From the NCBI GenBank assembly GCA_951406725.2, contig OX597825.1, forward strand, positions 77,066,001-77,130,000: DNA of 64,000 nt, given 5' to 3'. The notes below the pieces were generated by a model, which was not told the origin of the DNA, did not search any database, and saw nothing but the letters and a program-made list of their open reading frames with translations. The position numbers and the translations under genes are program-made. Shown here piece by piece: positions 26,079 to 37,871 of the stretch (position 1 is the stretch's first letter; every line of letters starts with the position of its first letter). Source of the stretch: Octopus vulgaris. Its lineage: Eukaryota.

Positions 26079-27105
26079 TGTTACGATCTGATGGCCATAA
26101 CCCGAATTCACAGAATCAACGTGGGTAGGTGAATTTAAAACAACGCCACCCATGAATTGTTTTGTAAAATATTGATAGTCAACTTAAAAACAGCTGACAT
26201 ACAAATATATTTACAAACAAACAGTAAATGCTACACTAGACGTTCAGCCAAAAGTTACAAGGGTAACATATATACACAGTTTAGAAGTTCGGACAATCCC
26301 GGTTTTTGGTCTCCCCAAAATCGGGCTCCGGATTTCGACTGTGGATTTTGAACCTTGGCTTCATAAAATCTGTCTTTCAATTCGTTGTTCAACCTTGGCT
26401 TTCGAACCTTGGAATGTAGAAACCTTGATATGTCGAACGTTGGATTTCAATGTGACACAGAAAATAGTTTAGCTGACAAGCAAAAAGTTCTGGCGAATTC
26501 CTGGAGCATAAAACAATTTCACAAATGCTTAACACAAAGCACACAGTGCATAAACTAAATAGACAATCACAGCTTCAAGAATCCAATTGAACCTTGTCTG
26601 ACAGAAAAACTGTCACCAAAACTGGGCGTACAATCATCTCACACAACCTGCCACAAATGCAAAGGTTCACAATTCACATAAATATTATAACATAACTTAA
26701 GAGATTTTTGTACTCACCCAGATGTGACACAAATGGTTTTAAAACTGACAGGCAAAAAGTTCTGGCGAATTCCTGGAGCATAAAATAATTCCACAAATGC
26801 CTGACACAAGGCACATAAACTAAAACAGGCAATCACCGCTTCCAGAATCCAACAGAACAAAACCATCACAAGACTCTCTCCCTCGCGCGCGCGGCGAAAT
26901 TATGTCTATTTCTAAAGTTTTTCCAGGGTGTAGCCAATTCCTGATAGTTTCTGGGGCTAATAATTATAGCCTCCCCCATTCAACAATGGACTTCACCCTT
27001 ACAGTGCAGCATGAAAACGATTTTTCCCATTTACTTTATTGTCAAACATAATTATAAGACCCGGGTTCGATACCCGACGTCTCCACCGTTTATAATTTCA
27101 TAACA
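26079..27105 (-). mobile_element. 5' LTR (~1.03 kb) of the gypsy element
   Basis: Minus strand begins TGTTATGA (27105) and ends TCGTAACA (26079), directly followed by the PBS; internal ~130-bp direct repeat at about 26451-26585 and 26723-26852. Confidence 0.8.
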
Positions 27106-27114
27106 TTTTATATA

Positions 27115-27953
27115 TAGGGTCATCCCATAAATAATGCGGTTTATTTATACTTCTTTTATTTCTCAAATTTAAATATAGTTTTTTTTTGAAGTCTAAAATA
27201 TACTCTCCTTCATTTTCTACATTGCTCTTCCATTTATCTGGTAGACTTGCAAGGCTCCTCTCCCAAAATTCACTTCTCCGTAACATAAAACACTCCTCCA
27301 GTACTGTTCTGACCTCGTCTACAGAATTCATATTTTTTCCATCCAAATGGTTTTGAAGACTGTGGAATAAATAATAATCAGATGGGGTAATGTCCGGGGA
27401 ATATGGTGGGTGGTGCATCGTTTCCCATTCAAACTGCTCCACCCTTTGGAAAGTCATCCTCGCTGTATGTGGCCGAGCATTATCCTGATGAAAGAACACC
27501 TTTGGTCTTGAAACGAAAGATGGTCGTTTTTCTTCTAGCGCAAGTGTCGATGGATGATTGAATGACCAAATCCAAGCTTCTCTGCTGGTTCCTCAACAGT
27601 TACGATGGAATTTTGTTCCACTAGATTTTGCAGGACGTCCTCATCGAGCTCCACAGATCTTCCAGGACGAGGCTCGTCTTCTAGGCTGTAGTTTCCGACT
27701 AGGCTGTAGTTTCCGTTGACACTGACTTACGCTTATTGTCCAATCACCATTTACTTCAATAATATTCCTCGCATTTTCCGTTGTAACCTTTATTGAACTC
27801 AAAAAGCAAAATATGCCGAATATGCTATTTGTCACTTCCATTATAGCTTTGAAACAATAACTATTAAAATTGAACAAACTGCACTTTTCAAAAGTTGCAC
27901 TAAGAATAAGACAAAATAAAATTACTACCCGCATTACTTATGGGATGACCCAA
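27115..27953 (-). mobile_element. Internally deleted mariner with both TIRs and TA target duplication
   Basis: TIRs TAGGGTCATCCCATAAATAATGCGG and CCGCATTACTTATGGGATGACCCAA flanked by TA; HQDNARPH and HPPYSPDITPSDYYLF motifs in ORF 27098-27499; N-terminal remnant near 27640-27840. Confidence 0.95.
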
Positions 27954-28050
27954 TATACATAATTCAAATTTACAGAAAACAAAAGACGAAGACAGGTAAG
28001 AATCAATGAGCAGATGTATTTGTTTGACGCTCGAGAGGAATGGAAAAGTC

Positions 28051-28084
28051 ACTGACGTTTCGAGCTTACGCTCTTCGGCAGAAA
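28051..28084 (-). ncRNA. Minimal Penelope-type hammerhead motif with a core mutation
   Basis: Minus strand CUGCCGAA-GAGC-GUAA-GCUC-GAAAC-GUC-AG, matching the minimal pattern CUGACGAAGNGC..GCUCGAAACGUCAG except for A to C in the core. Confidence 0.6.
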
Positions 28085-28280
28085 GGATTACATATATATG
28101 TGTGTGTCTGTCTCTTTCTGTCTGTCTGTGTGCAGACATATGCACATACACACACACACACACACACACATACACACACACACACACATATATATGTATA
28201 CATACACACACACACTCACACACACTCACACACACACATATATATATATATGTATACATACACACACACTCACACACACA

Positions 28281-28581
28281 TTATTTGTTTCAGTCATTAG
28301 TCTGTGGCCATGGTGGGTCACCGCCTTGACGGTTTAGTCGAATGGGTCGACTCAGGGTACTTATCTTTAAAAAAAACTGGTCCTTATTGGGTAAGTCTAT
28401 TTGCCGAATCGCTAAGTTACTGGGATGTAAACACATCTACACAGGCTATCAAGCGTTGCTGGGAAACAAACACAGATATAAAGACACAAACATACATGCA
28501 TATATGTATATACATATGTATATATATATATATGTATATATTTATGCGTATATATGTATATATATATATATACATACATAA

Positions 28582-28622
<41 letters not shown>

Positions 28623-28634
28623 TACGTACATACA

Positions 28635-28669
<35 letters not shown>

Positions 28670-28676
28670 GTATATA

Positions 28677-28714
<38 letters not shown>

Positions 28715-28850
28715 CGACAGGCTTCTCTCAGTTTCCGCCTGCCAAATCCAGTTAGTGGATATAATATGCCCAAAGAACAACACAGTAGGACTGAACCCGG
28801 AACCACGTGGCTGGAAAGCAAGCTTCTTATCACACAGCCACGCCTGCGCC
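28281..28850 (-). mobile_element. SINE family A with an expanded internal microsatellite
   Basis: Head ends CACACAGCCACGCCTGCGCC at 28850; tail TTGTTTCAGTCATTAG. Confidence 0.85.
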
Positions 28851-29266
28851 TAAACACGCACACACACACATACACACACACACACACATACACACACACA
28901 CGCACACACACACACAAATAGACAAACTTCATGCATTGCAACAGCACCAACCACCAAATGCCATAATCAAACAGAATGTAAAGTTGTTCAGTTCCGAACC
29001 GAGTTTATTCTTTGATTGGAATAGACATGATCTGTAAACTGTCCAATAAATCCTGCTGTAATCCCAGCATGGATCTAAGATAGTGAAGAACCTCGATATA
29101 TCACTACAGATAATCTCCATCATCGCTACCATGTGTATCAATAATGTTGCAGCTAAACAAATTGGAATTCCCCGCAGAGCAATTGCCTGTGTGAGGGTAT
29201 CAGACACATGGCGTCCTCTCTTTTGTTACGTTTATAAACAATATCCAAACACAATCTCATACTAAC

Positions 29267-29320
29267 CTTATTTCCGTCCGATGAATTTTGGTTTTTCTGC
29301 TTTCTGTGTCTTCTCTGTTT
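29267..29320 (-). CDS. Candidate 54-nt internal exon of an unidentified host gene
   Basis: Minus strand AATAG|AAACAG...AATAAG|GTTAGT; purine-rich; open in phase 2 (NREDTESRKTKIHRTEI) and phase 0. No homology recognised. Confidence 0.25.
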
Positions 29321-29444
29321 CTATTGTTGTTTACGTGGTGGAATTAACAGAACCAACAAAATATATTCAATGATTTCTTTGGTTTGGTCTTTGTTCTTTT
29401 TTGTTTTTATTTTCGCGTTGCCATTTTACGTATTCCAGTCCAAA

Positions 29445-29890
29445 AGTGGAGAGCTGCCAGAATCGTTAGCACGTGGGACAAAATGCTTAGCGGTGTTTCG
29501 TCCGTCTTTATGTTCTTGAGTTCAAATGCTGCTAAGGTCGACTTTGCCTTTCATCCCTTTCGGGGTCGATAAAGTAAGTACCAGTCGAGTACTGGTGACC
29601 TCGGCGAAACTTGAACTCAGAACGTAATGAGTCGTAACAAATGCCAATTTCTTTACTACCCACAAGGGGCTAAACACAGAGGGGACAAACAAGGACAGAC
29701 AGACGGGATTAAGTCGATTATATCGACCCCAGTGCATAACTGGTGCTTATTTAATCGACTCCGAAAGGATGAAAGGCAAAGTCGACTTGGGCGGAATTTG
29801 AACTCAGAACGTAGCGGCAGACGAAATACCTAATTCTTTACGTTAAGCATTTCGCCCGGCGTGCTAACGATTCTGCCAACTCGCTACCAT
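29445..29890. mobile_element. Two SINE family B copies in opposite orientation
   Basis: Plus copy about 29445-29595 and minus copy about 29600-29890, both with the GCCTTTCATCC..GTCGAT core. Confidence 0.8.
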
Positions 29891-30140
29891 AATCTTCACT
29901 CATAATAATCAAGAATAGTTGTATTTACACATTATATTATTTCTATTATCCGCTGAGCATAAGCTCAGTAGGAAAGAAAAAGAATTACGATATGGGCGCA
30001 GGAGTGGCTGTGTAGTGATAAGTTTGCTCCCTAACTACATGATTGCGGGTTCAATCCCACTGTGTGGAACTTTGGGTCAGTCTACTATAGCTACGGGCCG
30101 ATCAAAGCCTTCTGAGTGGAATTGGTAGACGGAAACTGTC

Positions 30141-30194
<54 letters not shown>

Positions 30195-30470
30195 TTAATA
30201 AGGGTGAGAGAATTAGATACTAATTTAATAGTATATCTATTCAACACCAAGTGGCCTAGTGCTACGAGAAACCTGGATTATTATAATATTTTATAACATA
30301 TTATAATATTTTTACAAAATAAATATAAGAGAGTGGTCACTATATGGCTCACTCTAGCACCAGTTAATCCAAAAGGTTTCAACCACGAAAATACATGTTT
30401 CCCATGAAAGTCAGTACGATTGTTAGCTCACACGGACAGGGCAAATAAAAAATAACAAAAATACAGATTA

Positions 30471-30552
30471 TTTTGGGACAATTGTTTCGCTATTAATGAA
30501 TTAAATGTAATTTTACTTACAAAAAAATCCATTTGTAGCTCGTCAGCCAAAA
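30471..30552 (-). ncRNA. Type I hammerhead ribozyme, array copy 1
   Basis: Reverse complement of UUUUGG-CUGACGA-GCUA...UAGC-GAAACAAUUGUC-CCAAAA. Confidence 0.9.
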
Positions 30553-31005
30553 CTATCTGGATGAAATCCACTCAATCACACGCCAGATTTTACCATAACG
30601 ATAAATACGCGTGTGGTTCAATTGATTACATCCGACGTTATAATTCAAATGCCCCAACTAACAGCGCGCCAAACTTTCACGGAAAACAAATACAGCATTT
30701 AGAAATAAATGCAGCATAATTATAATTAATTAATAAGGGTGAGAGAATTAGATACTAATTTAATAGTATATCTATTCAACACCAAGTGGCCTAGTGCTAC
30801 GAGAAACCTGGATTATTATAATATTTTATAACATATTATAATATTTTTACAAAATAAATATAAGAGAGTGGTCACTATATGGCTCACTCTAGCACCAGTT
30901 AATCCAAAAGGTTTCAACCACGAAAATACATGTTTCCCATGAAAGTCAGTACGATTGTTAGCTCACACGGACAGGGCAAATAAAAAATAACAAAAATACA
31001 GATTA

Positions 31006-31088
31006 TTTTGGGACAATTGTTTCGCTATTAATGAATTAAATGTAATTTTACTTACAAAAAAAATCCATTTGTAGCTCGTCAGCCAAAA
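31006..31088 (-). ncRNA. Type I hammerhead ribozyme, array copy 2
   Basis: Same motif, 535 nt from copy 1. Confidence 0.9.
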
Positions 31089-31462
31089 CTATCGTGGTTG
31101 AAACCTTTTGGATTAACTGGTGCTAGAGTGAGCCATATAGTGACCACTCTCTTATATTTATTTTGTAAAAATATTATAATATGTTATAAAATATTATAAT
31201 AATCCAGGTTTCTCGTAGCACTAGGCCACTTGGTGTTGAATAGATATACTATTAAATTAGTATCTAATTCTCTCACCCTTATTAATTAATTATAATTATG
31301 CTGCATTTATTTCTAAATGCTGTATTTGTTTTCCGTGAAAGTTTGGCGCGCTGTTAGTTGGGGCATTTGAATTATAACGTCGGATGTAATCAATTGAATC
31401 ACACGCGTATTTATCGTTATGGTAAAATCTGGCGTGTGATTGAGTGGATTTCATCCAGATAG

Positions 31463-31543
31463 TTTTGGCTGACGAGCTACAAATGGATTTTTTGTAAGTA
31501 AAATTACATTTAATTCATTAATAGCGAAACAATTGTCCCAAAA
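31463..31543 (+). ncRNA. Type I hammerhead ribozyme, array copy 3
   Basis: Stem I UUUUGG/CCAAAA (extendable by CAGAU/AUCUG); core CUGACGA; stem II GCUA/UAGC with a ~42-nt loop; GAA; palindromic stem III ACAAUUGU; GUC, predicted cut after 31537. Confidence 0.9.
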
Positions 31544-31995
31544 TAATCTGTATTTTTGTTATTTTTATTTGCCCTGTCCGTGTGAGCTAACAATCGTACT
31601 GACTTTCATGGGAAACATGTATTTTCGTGGTTGAAACCTTTTGGATTAACTGGTGCTAGAGTGAGCCATATAGTGACCACTCTCTTATATTTATTTTGTA
31701 AAAATATTATAATATGTTATAAAATATTATAATAATCCAGGTTTCTCGTAGCACTAGGCCACTTGGTGTTGAATAGATATACTATTAAATTAGTATCTAA
31801 TTCTCTCACCCTTATTAATTAATTATAATTATGCTGCATTTATTTCTAAATGCTGTATTTGTTTTCCGTGAAAGTTTGGCGCGCTGTTAGTTGGGGCATT
31901 TGAATTATAACGTCGGATGTAATCAATTGAACCACACGCGTATTTATCGTTATGGTAAAATCTGGCGTGTGATTGAGTGGATTTCATCCAGATAG

Positions 31996-32077
31996 TTTTG
32001 GCTGACGAGCTACAAATGGATTTTTTTGTAAGTAAAATTACATTTAATTCATTAATAGCGAAACAATTGTCCCAAAA
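31996..32077 (+). ncRNA. Type I hammerhead ribozyme, array copy 4
   Basis: Same motif; predicted cut after 32071. Confidence 0.9.
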
Positions 32078-32245
32078 TAATCTGTATTTTTGTTATTTTT
32101 TATTTGCCCTGTCCGTGTGAGCTAACAATCGTACTGACTTTCATGGGAAACATGTATTTTCGTGGTTGAAACCTTTTGGATTAACTGGTGCTAGAGTGAG
32201 CCATATAGTGACCACTCTCTTATATTTATTTTATATATATATGTG

Positions 32246-32276
<31 letters not shown>

Positions 32277-32340
32277 ATATGTATGTATATATGTGTATGT
32301 ATATATATGTATGTATATATATATATATATACATATATAC

Positions 32341-32401
<61 letters not shown>

Positions 32402-33190
32402 GTATGTATGTATTTGTGTGTTTGTGCCTGTAATTGTATCCTACTACTAATAGGTGTTAGTCTGTTTCTGTCCCCGTAACTTAGCAGTTCGGTAAAAGTA
32501 ATTGATAGTACAAGTATCAGACTTTAAAGATAGGTACTTGAATCGATCCATTCGACTAAAAGTCCTCAAAGGAGTACTCCAGCATGGCCGCAGTCTAACG
32601 ACTGAAACACGTAAGAGATAGAAGATAAAAGATTTTTTTTTTAAAGAAGCTTCAAAAGGGATCGAACTCTCACAGGAAAAAGAAAACTGATTTTGTGTTT
32701 GGATTCACCAATCAAAGCATTTGTCAGAACATTCTTGTTGCCTGTTGGGATCATTTCCATAGTTTTGGTTCCTTGTTTTGGTTCCTTATTCTCTTCACCG
32801 TCATACTTTACTCTTTAATCTGTCCATTTTCACTCTCGTTGATTCTCGCTGATTCTCACCATTTCTCGTTTGGTCTCTTCCGCCCATTACAGTCTTATTT
32901 AATATATTATTTTTTCTCTTTATTCGATATTAAAGAAAATCTTTGACATATATTTCTTTTTTAGTGACGTTTTTCTTCTTATTTTTCCTTTGGTTGAAGA
33001 ACATCCTAATCTCTAAGCTTATGGATTTATAATTCGAAAATGGTAATGTTATTTTATTTATTTATTTTTCAGAATTTGTAAAATCTCCTTTCAACGACAA
33101 TACTGGTTGACTCCAAACTTGTAGATTCATAAAAGAAATATCAATCAAAGAAAGAAAGTAATAGAGAAAATAAAATAAATAAAATAAATA

Positions 33191-33593
33191 GTGTGGTAAG
33201 TAGCTTGCTAACAAACCACATGGTTCCGGGTTCAGTCCCACTGCGTGGCATCTTGGGCAAGTGTCTTCTGCTATAGCCCCGGGCCGACCAATGCATTGTG
33301 AGTGGATTTGGTAGACGGAAACTGAAAGAAGCCTGTCGTATATATGTATATATATATATATATATATGTATGTGTGCGTGTGTTTGTGTGTCTGTGTTTG
33401 TCCCCCTAGCATTGCTTGACAACCGATGCTGGTGTGTTTACGTCCCTGTCACTTAGCGGTTCGGCAAAAAGAGACCGATAGAATAAGTACTGGGCTTACA
33501 AAGAATAAGTTCCGGGGTCGATTTGCTCGACTAAAGGCGGTGCTCCAGCATGGCCGCAGTCAAATGACTGAAACAAATAAAAGAGTAAAAGAG
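33191..33593 (+). mobile_element. SINE family A, nearly full-length and well preserved
   Basis: Near-identical to the reverse complement of 14124-14584. Confidence 0.92.
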
Positions 33594-33734
33594 ATATATA
33601 TATAAAAGAAACGCTTCTTTATTCCCTCACCCCCTTACCCTTACTGCAATGTTCCCCCCACCCACCTGCTGTGGCTTGTATTTTCTTCTCATTAATGAAC
33701 TCATATCATCAATCATTTCTGTCTTTAATCTTAC

Positions 33735-33755
33735 CTGTTAATCATTTGCAGGCAA
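33735..33755 (-). CDS. Candidate 21-nt micro-exon
   Basis: Minus strand: ~60-nt pyrimidine-rich tract ending TTTTAG|TTGCCTGCAAATGATTAACAG|GTAAGA; length 3n; open only in phase 2 (CLQMIN). Confidence 0.4.
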
Positions 33756-33929
33756 CTAAAACAAAACAACAAACAAAGGAACAAGTAAACAGGAAAAAAG
33801 AAAACAAACAATAAAAAAAATTGCCCCCTCTTCCTCTGCTATTTCTCCTCCTGCAATCAAAACGAAATATTGATTTTGTTATTGTTAGAGTAGCAGCAAC
33901 AGCAGCAGAAGCAGTAGTAGTAATAGTAG

Positions 33930-34045
33930 TAGTAGTAATAGTAGTAGTAGTAGTAGTAGTAGTAGTTGTATTAGTAGTAGTAGTAGTAGTAGTAGTAGTA
34001 GCAGCAGCGGCAGCAGTAACTGTTTTTGTTGTTTTTCTCTAGATC

Positions 34046-34081
<36 letters not shown>

Positions 34082-34162
34082 TTTATTAGTAGTAGTAGTA
34101 GTAGTAGTAGTAGTAGCAGCAGCGGCAGCAGTAACTGTTTTTGTTGTTTTTCTCAAGATCAG
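33930..34162. repeat. (GTA)n tracts with a ~117-bp tandem duplication
   Basis: GCAGCAGCGGCAGCAGTAACTGTTTTTGTTGTTTTTCTC(T/A)AGATCAGT occurs twice. Confidence 0.9.
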
Positions 34163-34780
34163 TCCTCGTTTAGCAATTGTACGAGCAAAAACGTTCCGGT
34201 TTTGACTATCCAGCCATGTTTTCTTTTTGCGGGCATTGGGCACCTAGGAGTGCATTATATAATGTGATCCCTCTCTTTTTTTTAAAAAAAAAAGATGTTA
34301 TGTTGTGATTTGAGGGAGATTCGATAACTAGTTTTGTGAGGCTGAGTAACCAGATCGAGGCCCTTTCGTTGTTCGACTCTGTGTTTTCATTCCGACAACA
34401 CACAAAACCATTTAGTTATTCATTTATTTGTTTGTTTATTGCTTCTTTATTCATTTAGGTACGGCTGTGTGGTAAGAAGTCTGCTTCTAAACCACACGGT
34501 CCCGTGGGTCCGGGTTCAGTCCTGCATGACACCTTGAGTGTGTCTACAACTTTGGCCTCAGGTCAACCAAAGCTTTGTGAGTGGATTCTGGAGAAAGAAA
34601 CACAGAAACTAAAAGAGGCACAACGTATGTGTATATATCATATGAGATATTTTGGTATCCAGAAGACCAAAAGTGCAGGTAAGGCTATGTAAATGCTACG
34701 GAAGGGCCGCTGTTAAGCTCACGGTTCGATAATAGCATGAGTGATGAATCTAAGGCAGGTCATGTCTGAGTGTGTATATG

Positions 34781-35110
34781 TTAAATAAAATAAGATAGTA
34801 AGGCCAAGGCAATTTGATATTTCTTGGACATTTATAAATAGGAAGGTGGTCTTACAGCTGTTTCAGGGAAATAAATGGTATCTTATCATCAGAAACGAGT
34901 TGAAAGAGCTTCAATAGAAGGAATTAGTGGAGCTAATTTTTTGGAAGAAGTTTTTCCGGAGAAGAAATTAGATTTAATGCAGAAAGTATCAGAGGAAAAT
35001 ATGAAAATGAGATATTATTTATTTCCACGAAACAGCTGTAAGACCACCTTTCTATTTATAAATGTCCTAGGAATACCAAATTGCCTTGGCCTTGTTATCT
35101 TATTGTTTAA
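34781..35110. mobile_element. Element with ~105-bp inverted arms, each with a hammerhead 3' half (decayed full motif at 34849-34896, minus)
   Basis: Arms 34781-34885 and 35008-35110 both contain GAAACAGCTGTA-AGAC in sense orientation; the left arm also has GUUU-CUGAUGA but a broken stem II base. Confidence 0.75.
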
Positions 35111-35111
35111 T

Positions 35112-35147
<36 letters not shown>

Positions 35148-35197
35148 GTGTATGTATGCATGTATGTATGTCTAGACGCATACACGCATAAAATATA

Positions 35198-35259
<62 letters not shown>

Positions 35260-35429
35260 GACACACAAATAATAAGAAGATAAGATGACAAAGAAATTCT
35301 TTAATAAATCTTTAATGATTCGTTACAATTGTTTCTCTAGCAACTCTGCTTGCAATGCCAGTTTACGCAAAACATTCGAAGTGAAAATTTACGTAATGTT
35401 TGCGGTTTTAGGCATTAGAGTAGAACTTC

Positions 35430-35586
35430 ATCGACCCCAGTGCATAACTGGTACTTCATTAATCGACCCCGAAAGGATGAAAGGCAAAGTCGACCTCGGC
35501 AGAATTTGAACTCAGAACGTAGTGGCAGACGAAATACCGCTAAGCATTTCACCTGGCGTGCTAACGTTTCTGCCAGCTCGGCGCCT
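35430..35586 (-). mobile_element. SINE family B
   Basis: ATCGACCCCGAAAGGATGAAAGGCAAAGTCGACC...CTGCCAGCTCGGCGCC. Confidence 0.85.
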
Positions 35587-35825
35587 TATATTCTAATTCT
35601 ATCTCTCCCTCTCCTTCTAACTATCGTTACGCGACATCTCTCTCTACGTTATGTTATTGATTCCGGAAGGATAAAACATAAATTCGAATTCGGCGGGATT
35701 TGAACTCAGGACGAAAAAAACCGGAATGGTGGTGTCATAATATCATTTGTAATAAACTATTTTTATTGAAGGAATCTGCCTTTAACTGAAGGATAGATTT
35801 AGAGAATAACGACAAAACGGGTTTC

Positions 35826-35956
35826 CGTGTGTATAGCTGTTTGTGTGCTTTTGTGTGCGCAGCTGTGTACGTGGTTGTGTACGCAGTTATATGTACGGTT
35901 GTGTACGTAGCTGTGTTCGCGGTTGCGCGTGTGGTTGTGTACGTACCTGTGTACGC
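35826..35956. repeat. 12-bp minisatellite (consensus about GTGGTTGTGTAC)
   Basis: About 11 degenerate units visible. Confidence 0.8.
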
Positions 35957-36920
35957 ATTTTGCTCTTTGTGTGAGGAAGAGATTAAAATTTTTTATTTTT
36001 TTCTTCATTTATTTCTTCATTTATTTATTCTCTTTCATTTCTTTCTCAGTAAATGAAGAAGATACTTACTTCTACCAGAGAGAATTGTCAAGTGCTTCAC
36101 CATCATTTAATAAAAACGTATTGTACGGTACTTGGAAAGCATTGACGAATATACATATATATATATGTATATTATGGACGTTTCGGAAAATGGTTTTCGT
36201 TTATGGTCATTCAAGTTTTTCTCTTTTATTTGCCCATAAAATAATATCGTAAAAATTGATGCTGTTGTTGTTGTTGCTGTCATCGTTAAGCCTAAGGTCA
36301 ACCCTGAATAAGCAGACTACAGGTATTTCAGCGGTAATCAACTCGTCTCCTTTAGAAATATCACCCGATGATTATATCACCCAACGTGTCCTGTTCTTAT
36401 ATAAGACTTTATAATACCATTTGTAAGGGGAGATTTCACTGTTATTTCTAGCAAATTAATCGTCTATGAACAGGTTCTCGCATCACCTCTTGAAATGGGT
36501 TTTCTTTTATTTTTGTTTTTAGTGTCCAATTAAAAGTGACAACTATCACCCATAACAAGGTAAACCCATAACAGAATATTTCCAATTGCATATAAAATAA
36601 CAGCAGAACATCCATTTACCAATTCTACAGAGGAATGATGGTACCATCATCGCCTGTACCATAATCACAAAATGTATTCTGATGGCAACATTTCTTCCAA
36701 ACCTTTCAGACTTTAAAATTTCCTTTCCAAACGTAATATTTGCTGTTTTATTAGAATTTTTCCTTCTTTTTTTTTCTTTTCTTTTTTTCTTTTTGTTATT
36801 CGTCACCTTATTTTCAGGAATCGCTGAAACCATGGAAACAAGTAATTTTTATCTCAAAAATTATTATTATCTCGATATTCTTCCTGGGAAACGATTTCAT
36901 CTCCATCTTTCTCTCTGTAT

Positions 36921-37045
<125 letters not shown>

Positions 37046-37163
37046 TTGTATGTGTGTGTATTTGTGTGTGTATGCATATGTATACATATTTACATATACG
37101 TAATAATGCATATGTATATACAAATATCTACACACGCATCTCTCTCTCTCCCTCTTTCTGTAT

Positions 37164-37221
<58 letters not shown>

Positions 37222-37420
37222 CAGAGTAATAATTTTACCTGCATTTATGATGTAGGAGCGATAATAAAATCCGAAAGAAAGTAATAACATGTCGTAGACG
37301 AAATCTATTTCAATAACGCGAAACTGACACAGATTCCGAAGATTTTACACAAGCTCACGCTCATCATATTGTCGCTGTTGTTGACTTGGTTGTTGTTGTT
37401 GTTGCTGCTGCTGCTGCCGC

Positions 37421-37871
37421 TACTTCTGTTTTTTGTTGTTGTTTAAGTCAAAAGTCAATTCTACTCGTACAAGACGTATGCTTAAAAGAATGTTTTCTGA
37501 ACCAAAATCATGAGCATATTTCGATTAAACATGGTTTGAGATCGAACAAGGGACAAATAAAAGTAGGGGTTAAATATGTGGTATAAAAGAATCACGAGAC
37601 ATATTCTTCAAGCCGAGCCAAATGGCAGGAGACCTTGGAATAGGTCAGATATTATCCAGAGATGATTGGATAATATCCATAGCCTCAATTGGTCGCGCCT
37701 GGGAATCTTGTCGAAAAGTGTAGCATCTGATGGGATCCTATGGAGAAGATACCTGAGGATTTTGCCCAAACAACCGTCAGAGAAATGGACAAAAAAATAA
37801 AAAATAAAAAATTGTTTAGATGCATGGACCCGGGAACAGTGGCGTGCAGAAGGTTTAAACGCCCCTAGAAT
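37421..37871. repeat. Left arm of a ~450-bp high-identity inverted duplication
   Basis: Reverse complement at 39916-40373; both yield the ORF tail CCCLSQKSILLVQDVCLKECF and NQNHEHISIKHGLRSNKGQIKVGVKYVV. Confidence 0.95.

Larger units (their letters stand above)
30186..32232. mobile_element. Non-coding tandem-plus-inverted array of a ~535-bp hammerhead-containing unit (non-autonomous Penelope-like element or retrozyme)
   Basis: Unit 30186-30720 repeats partially to 31093; orientation then flips at a TC microhomology (31092-31093) and ~2.1 reverse-complement units run to 32232. By eye the copies differ only in homopolymer lengths and one substitution. No ORF; both ends in (TA)n. Confidence 0.9.
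29993..32630 (+). mobile_element. SINE family A split by the hammerhead array (head 29993-30142, 3' half about 32410-32630)
   Basis: Head GGGCGCAGGAGTGGCTGTG...GGTAGACGGAAACTG then (TA)n; the body resumes as GTCCCCGTAACTTAGCAGTTCGG...CCAGCATGGCCGCAGTC after the insert. Confidence 0.85.
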
